Positions 61,001 to 64,000 of a stretch of DNA of 64,000 nt are shown here, in pieces (the first letter of the stretch is position 1; each line of letters begins with the position of its first letter). Made by a program: the position numbers and the translations under genes. The notes below the pieces were generated by a model. It was not told where the DNA came from. It was given only the letters and a program-made list of their open reading frames with translations, and made no database searches. The DNA comes from Octopus sinensis (lineage: Eukaryota): assembly GCF_006345805.1 (NCBI RefSeq), contig NC_042997.1, positions 22,692,001 through 22,756,000 of the forward strand, written 5' to 3'.

Positions 61001-64000
61001 TTTTTAACCCTTCAGCATTCACATTATTTTGTCAAAAGTAATGCTTATTCATTCACATTGTTTTGAATTAATTACACATTATCTTGTAGCTTTGAGATTT
61101 TGATGAGGTAACTTTTTTTAGAATGATATTGTAGGGGTGGTATGAGAAACCAGATCTGGCCAGCTTGAACATAAAACAGGTACAATATTTCAGCCAGATA
61201 TGGCTGGTTTAAATGCTAAAGGGTTAAGATTATAATTTTATCGGTACATTTTTGTTGTTTGATGCAAAAAACCCCATGAAAATTGAATAAAACAGAGAAT
61301 CATAAAAGCATGCTCTTTCACAACCTCTCTCATTCAAATTTGACGCACACAAACAACACACTGTAATCAAGCGGCAACATGCTATGTCAAAGACCTGTCC
61401 AACACATGGAAGTATAGAATAACTGATGTAGAAATAGTGGGCGACGGAGGTTGGAATGTACATTTATTTGATCTACCATCACCCTTTATCACATCACACC
61501 AGTAGTATAATGAGGGAAAACACTGGGTTTGACTATATTCAATCTCCCCAACCTTAACTTTTTTATATCAACAGTCATCACTCACTCTCTCTTTATCACC
61601 ACCCATCTTTACTACTATAAACCGTGGATTTTTTTTTTTTTACTTGCTGGATGTGGAGGAAGGAACAGTACTCAAAATTTTACAAACACTCCTAGATTAG
61701 TAAGACTGATACTACTAATGCTCCTCTTGAACTTTTCGAAAGTCAACAACTACTGGAAAAATTTGACTAAGAAAGGAGTTGCTAGAGGGCTAACATTTGA
61801 GATGGAAGGATTGGAAATAGTGATTTGTGCAGGATCTATCCCATAACAATTATTTTGGATGTATACACCTAAAGAAAAGAGTACATAATTCATTCTCTTG
61901 AAAACAAAATATGATTGTTCAGTTGTGCTTGCATTAGCTTTGATTTTAACATAAAGCAATCTTCAAAGAGGGAAAGAGAGAGAGAGAGCATGTTCAGTTT
62001 ATACTGAATGACATAATAGTCCAGTGGCTGACTACATTATCTTTCTAACTTGAGCTTTAACACAAAGCTATACTATTTATATACATGGTGCATAAGATAT
62101 TTGAGAACATACCTTTTTCAGGTCATTGCTGCATTTTTTGCTAACTCTGTATAATCTTTGTTTCAGAAAATAATAATGGTAGACCCTCAGCTTAATCAAG
62201 AAAGGAAGTGGATGTTGTTATAAAGGCTGAGCATAGTGATTTAGAAATATCTCAATTTTTAAAAGTTGCCAGATGTTTCATCTACAAAGTTCGTAAGGAG
62301 CTAGAGACTGAAGATGGAAATGTATCACCAGTATCAAAGCATAAAAAGCATTCTAAACACTCTGAAATCATCAGAACACTTGAATTTATCCAGCAAGATC
62401 AACAGACCAGAAAGTCCATGAGGTCAATTGCAAAAGATTTCTCTGTGTCAGAAGGACAATCAGAAATGTTGTCCACGGAGACATCAGATATGTTTTATAT
62501 GATGAGGAAAGGTCAATTTATCATAAAAAGCAAAAGGAAATCACTACAACAGATCTAAAAGGCTCTTAAACAAACTGAAAATTCCAGTAGATTTGATTTG
62601 GTTTTTCTCAAGAAAAACGCCAACCAAGATCAAAAAGTTAACAGAAGAAATGACAGATAGTTGTGTAGACCCTTCTGAACTTCCAAGTGTTATGCATACC
62701 TAATTTCCTGCAACTGTCATGGTTTTATTGGTTGTCAGCAATGAAGGACATGTAATACCTCCTTACTTCTTTCTACAAGGCCTTATAGTTAACTCTGCTG
62801 CCTACATTGAGGTCCTGAAAATAATTGTTAAGCCCTGGATAGACAGTGTATGCAATGGAAGGCCATATGTATTTCAGTAAGACTCTGTACTATCACACAT
62901 GGCTCTAGTAACACAAGAATGGATGGCTGAAAATTTTCATGATCACACAGCCCCTAACATTTGGCCTCTTAATTCCCCAGATTTCAATCTAGTGGACTAT
63001 ATGTGCAGCATTGTTAAGAGAGAGGTCAATGAGCACACCCATAACACCAAAGATTCTTTGAAAGCAGCCATAGTCAGAGTAATGTCCAAAATGAACCAGG
63101 ACCACTTGATTCGAGCATGTAGATGATTTAGATCTCATATAGAAGCAGATGTTGAAGCTGAAGATGGCTTTATTGAATAACATTATAGAAAAGAAGGTTT
63201 ATTATCCTCATAGCATTTTTTGATAAATAAAGTTATGTTATTTTATGTTTTTTTATACACATAAATCTGTCCTCAAATATCTTACGCACCGTCTGTCTGT
63301 ATGTATATATATACATACACACACAAATACCAAATCCCATTTCTTCAACATAATGCAATGTCTATCATTATTTATGGCTTTGAATTATAGTAAATGTTTC
63401 TCCAAACTGAAATTTTTCCATTTCTATCATCTGTAATTTAATTCCATTTTTATTAATTGGAAACCTGAATTCCATCACTTCCTTTACTAGTTTTGTTGTT
63501 GTTATTTCTCAAAAATATATTAAAAATAATGTACACTTCTGTGTTGTACAAACAAAATTTGTCATTTTAGCATCTTTCCAATGCTGGCATGGACTGACTG
63601 GTTTTCACTACCCATTATGATTCCAAATAATCTCATCCATGAGTCGGGTCATTAATCACAGATCTGGCATCATTACTTCCCTCCACATCTACTGAATATG
63701 TCTTCCCCTGTCATCATGTAACATATTTTCACTCAACACTCATTATACATTTACAATACGTGCACACAAGCATAGTAATTTCTCTCTTACATACATGAAT
63801 TATAATAGAAAGTGCCTTACTTGTGTGTACCCAGTTCAACAGCATGATCCCATTTTATTTTCATTTTGTTAGCTACCACACTGTTGTGAAGTATAGATAC
63901 CGAGAATTTGAAACGATCTGATGCAAACAAATCTGATTCTATAATAACAAGTTCAGAAATAGATTTATTTCTAGTTAACAGTATGGCTGGTTTATTTGGT
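52890..64000 (-). CDS. NKRF-like dsRBD/R3H-like RNA-binding protein, 5'-incomplete, 3 exons in window
   Basis: Exons 63821->64000, 59075-59201 and 52890-55025 splice in frame (aa|g = K, then phase 0). The joined protein KSISELVIIES...SVSILHNSVVANKMKIKWDHAVELGTHKMSVYVQEKLVGTGRGTTKPDAKKHAACDAL has dsRBD-type architecture. It is followed by FATVIENLIDSY...ELLFGPGF...DIVKYLLKNGGRGGKYRIVP, which resembles the NKRF C-terminal R3H region. Family call from memory. Confidence 0.8.
56799..58037 (-). mobile_element. Non-autonomous Helitron (1239 bp) in an NKRF-like intron
   Basis: Minus strand: A|TCTCTCTATATATAAAACTGAG...TATGACCCGGCAATGCTGGGTCATA hairpin, ATG, CTAG|T. Confidence 0.85.
59075..59201 (-). 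CDS. NKRF-like exon: (K)MSVYVQEKLVGTGRGTTKPDAKKHAACDALFKYFYKNNVILQ, C-terminal half of a dsRBD
   Basis: tcattttcag acceptor; gtaata donor; GxGxG-T-K-x-x-A-K-x-x-AA-x-x-AL dsRBD signature. Confidence 0.9.
62083..63292 (+). mobile_element. Near full-length decayed maT (DD37D) transposon
   Basis: TIR ggtgcataagatatttgag / ctcaaatatcttacgcacc; VKPWIDSVCNGRPYVFQ*D-(37 aa)-DY spacing counted. Confidence 0.87.
63821..64000 (-). CDS. NKRF-like exon, partial: PNKPAILLTRNKSISELVIIESDLFASDRFKFSVSILHNSVVANKMKIKWDHAVELGTH(K)
   Basis: Stop-free to the window edge; gtaagg donor (rc of 63815-63820); its phase 2 end matches the phase of the next exon. Confidence 0.85.

Overview
AT-rich, microsatellite- and transposon-dense animal genomic DNA. 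The repeat families resemble those of octopod cephalopods; this is inference from recognising the repeats. Two spliced genes converge tail to tail. (1) Plus strand, 134-42206: the last 18 coding exons of an intact urocanate hydratase gene (UROC1; 1629 nt = 542 aa + stop, all GT-AG, phases consistent; the N-terminus lies upstream of the window). (2) Minus strand, >64000-52890: three exons of an NKRF-like dsRBD protein. It appears to lack the G-patch, has a degenerate R3H-like domain and carries a ~580-aa low-complexity extension in one 2.1-kb exon. Introns and the 10.7-kb spacer hold two tRNA-derived SINE families, RTE, CR1 and R4/Dong LINE fragments, Tc1 (DD34E), maT (DD37D), DD41D-like and mariner remnants, hAT and piggyBac-type MITEs, three non-autonomous Helitrons and several long fold-back repeats. 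The most interesting signals are the G-patch-less NKRF-like protein and degenerate minimal hammerhead ribozymes, one sitting behind a tRNA-like Pol III head. Almost all other ORFs in the supplied track are artefacts of repeats. All homology calls are from memory of the families; no database search was run.
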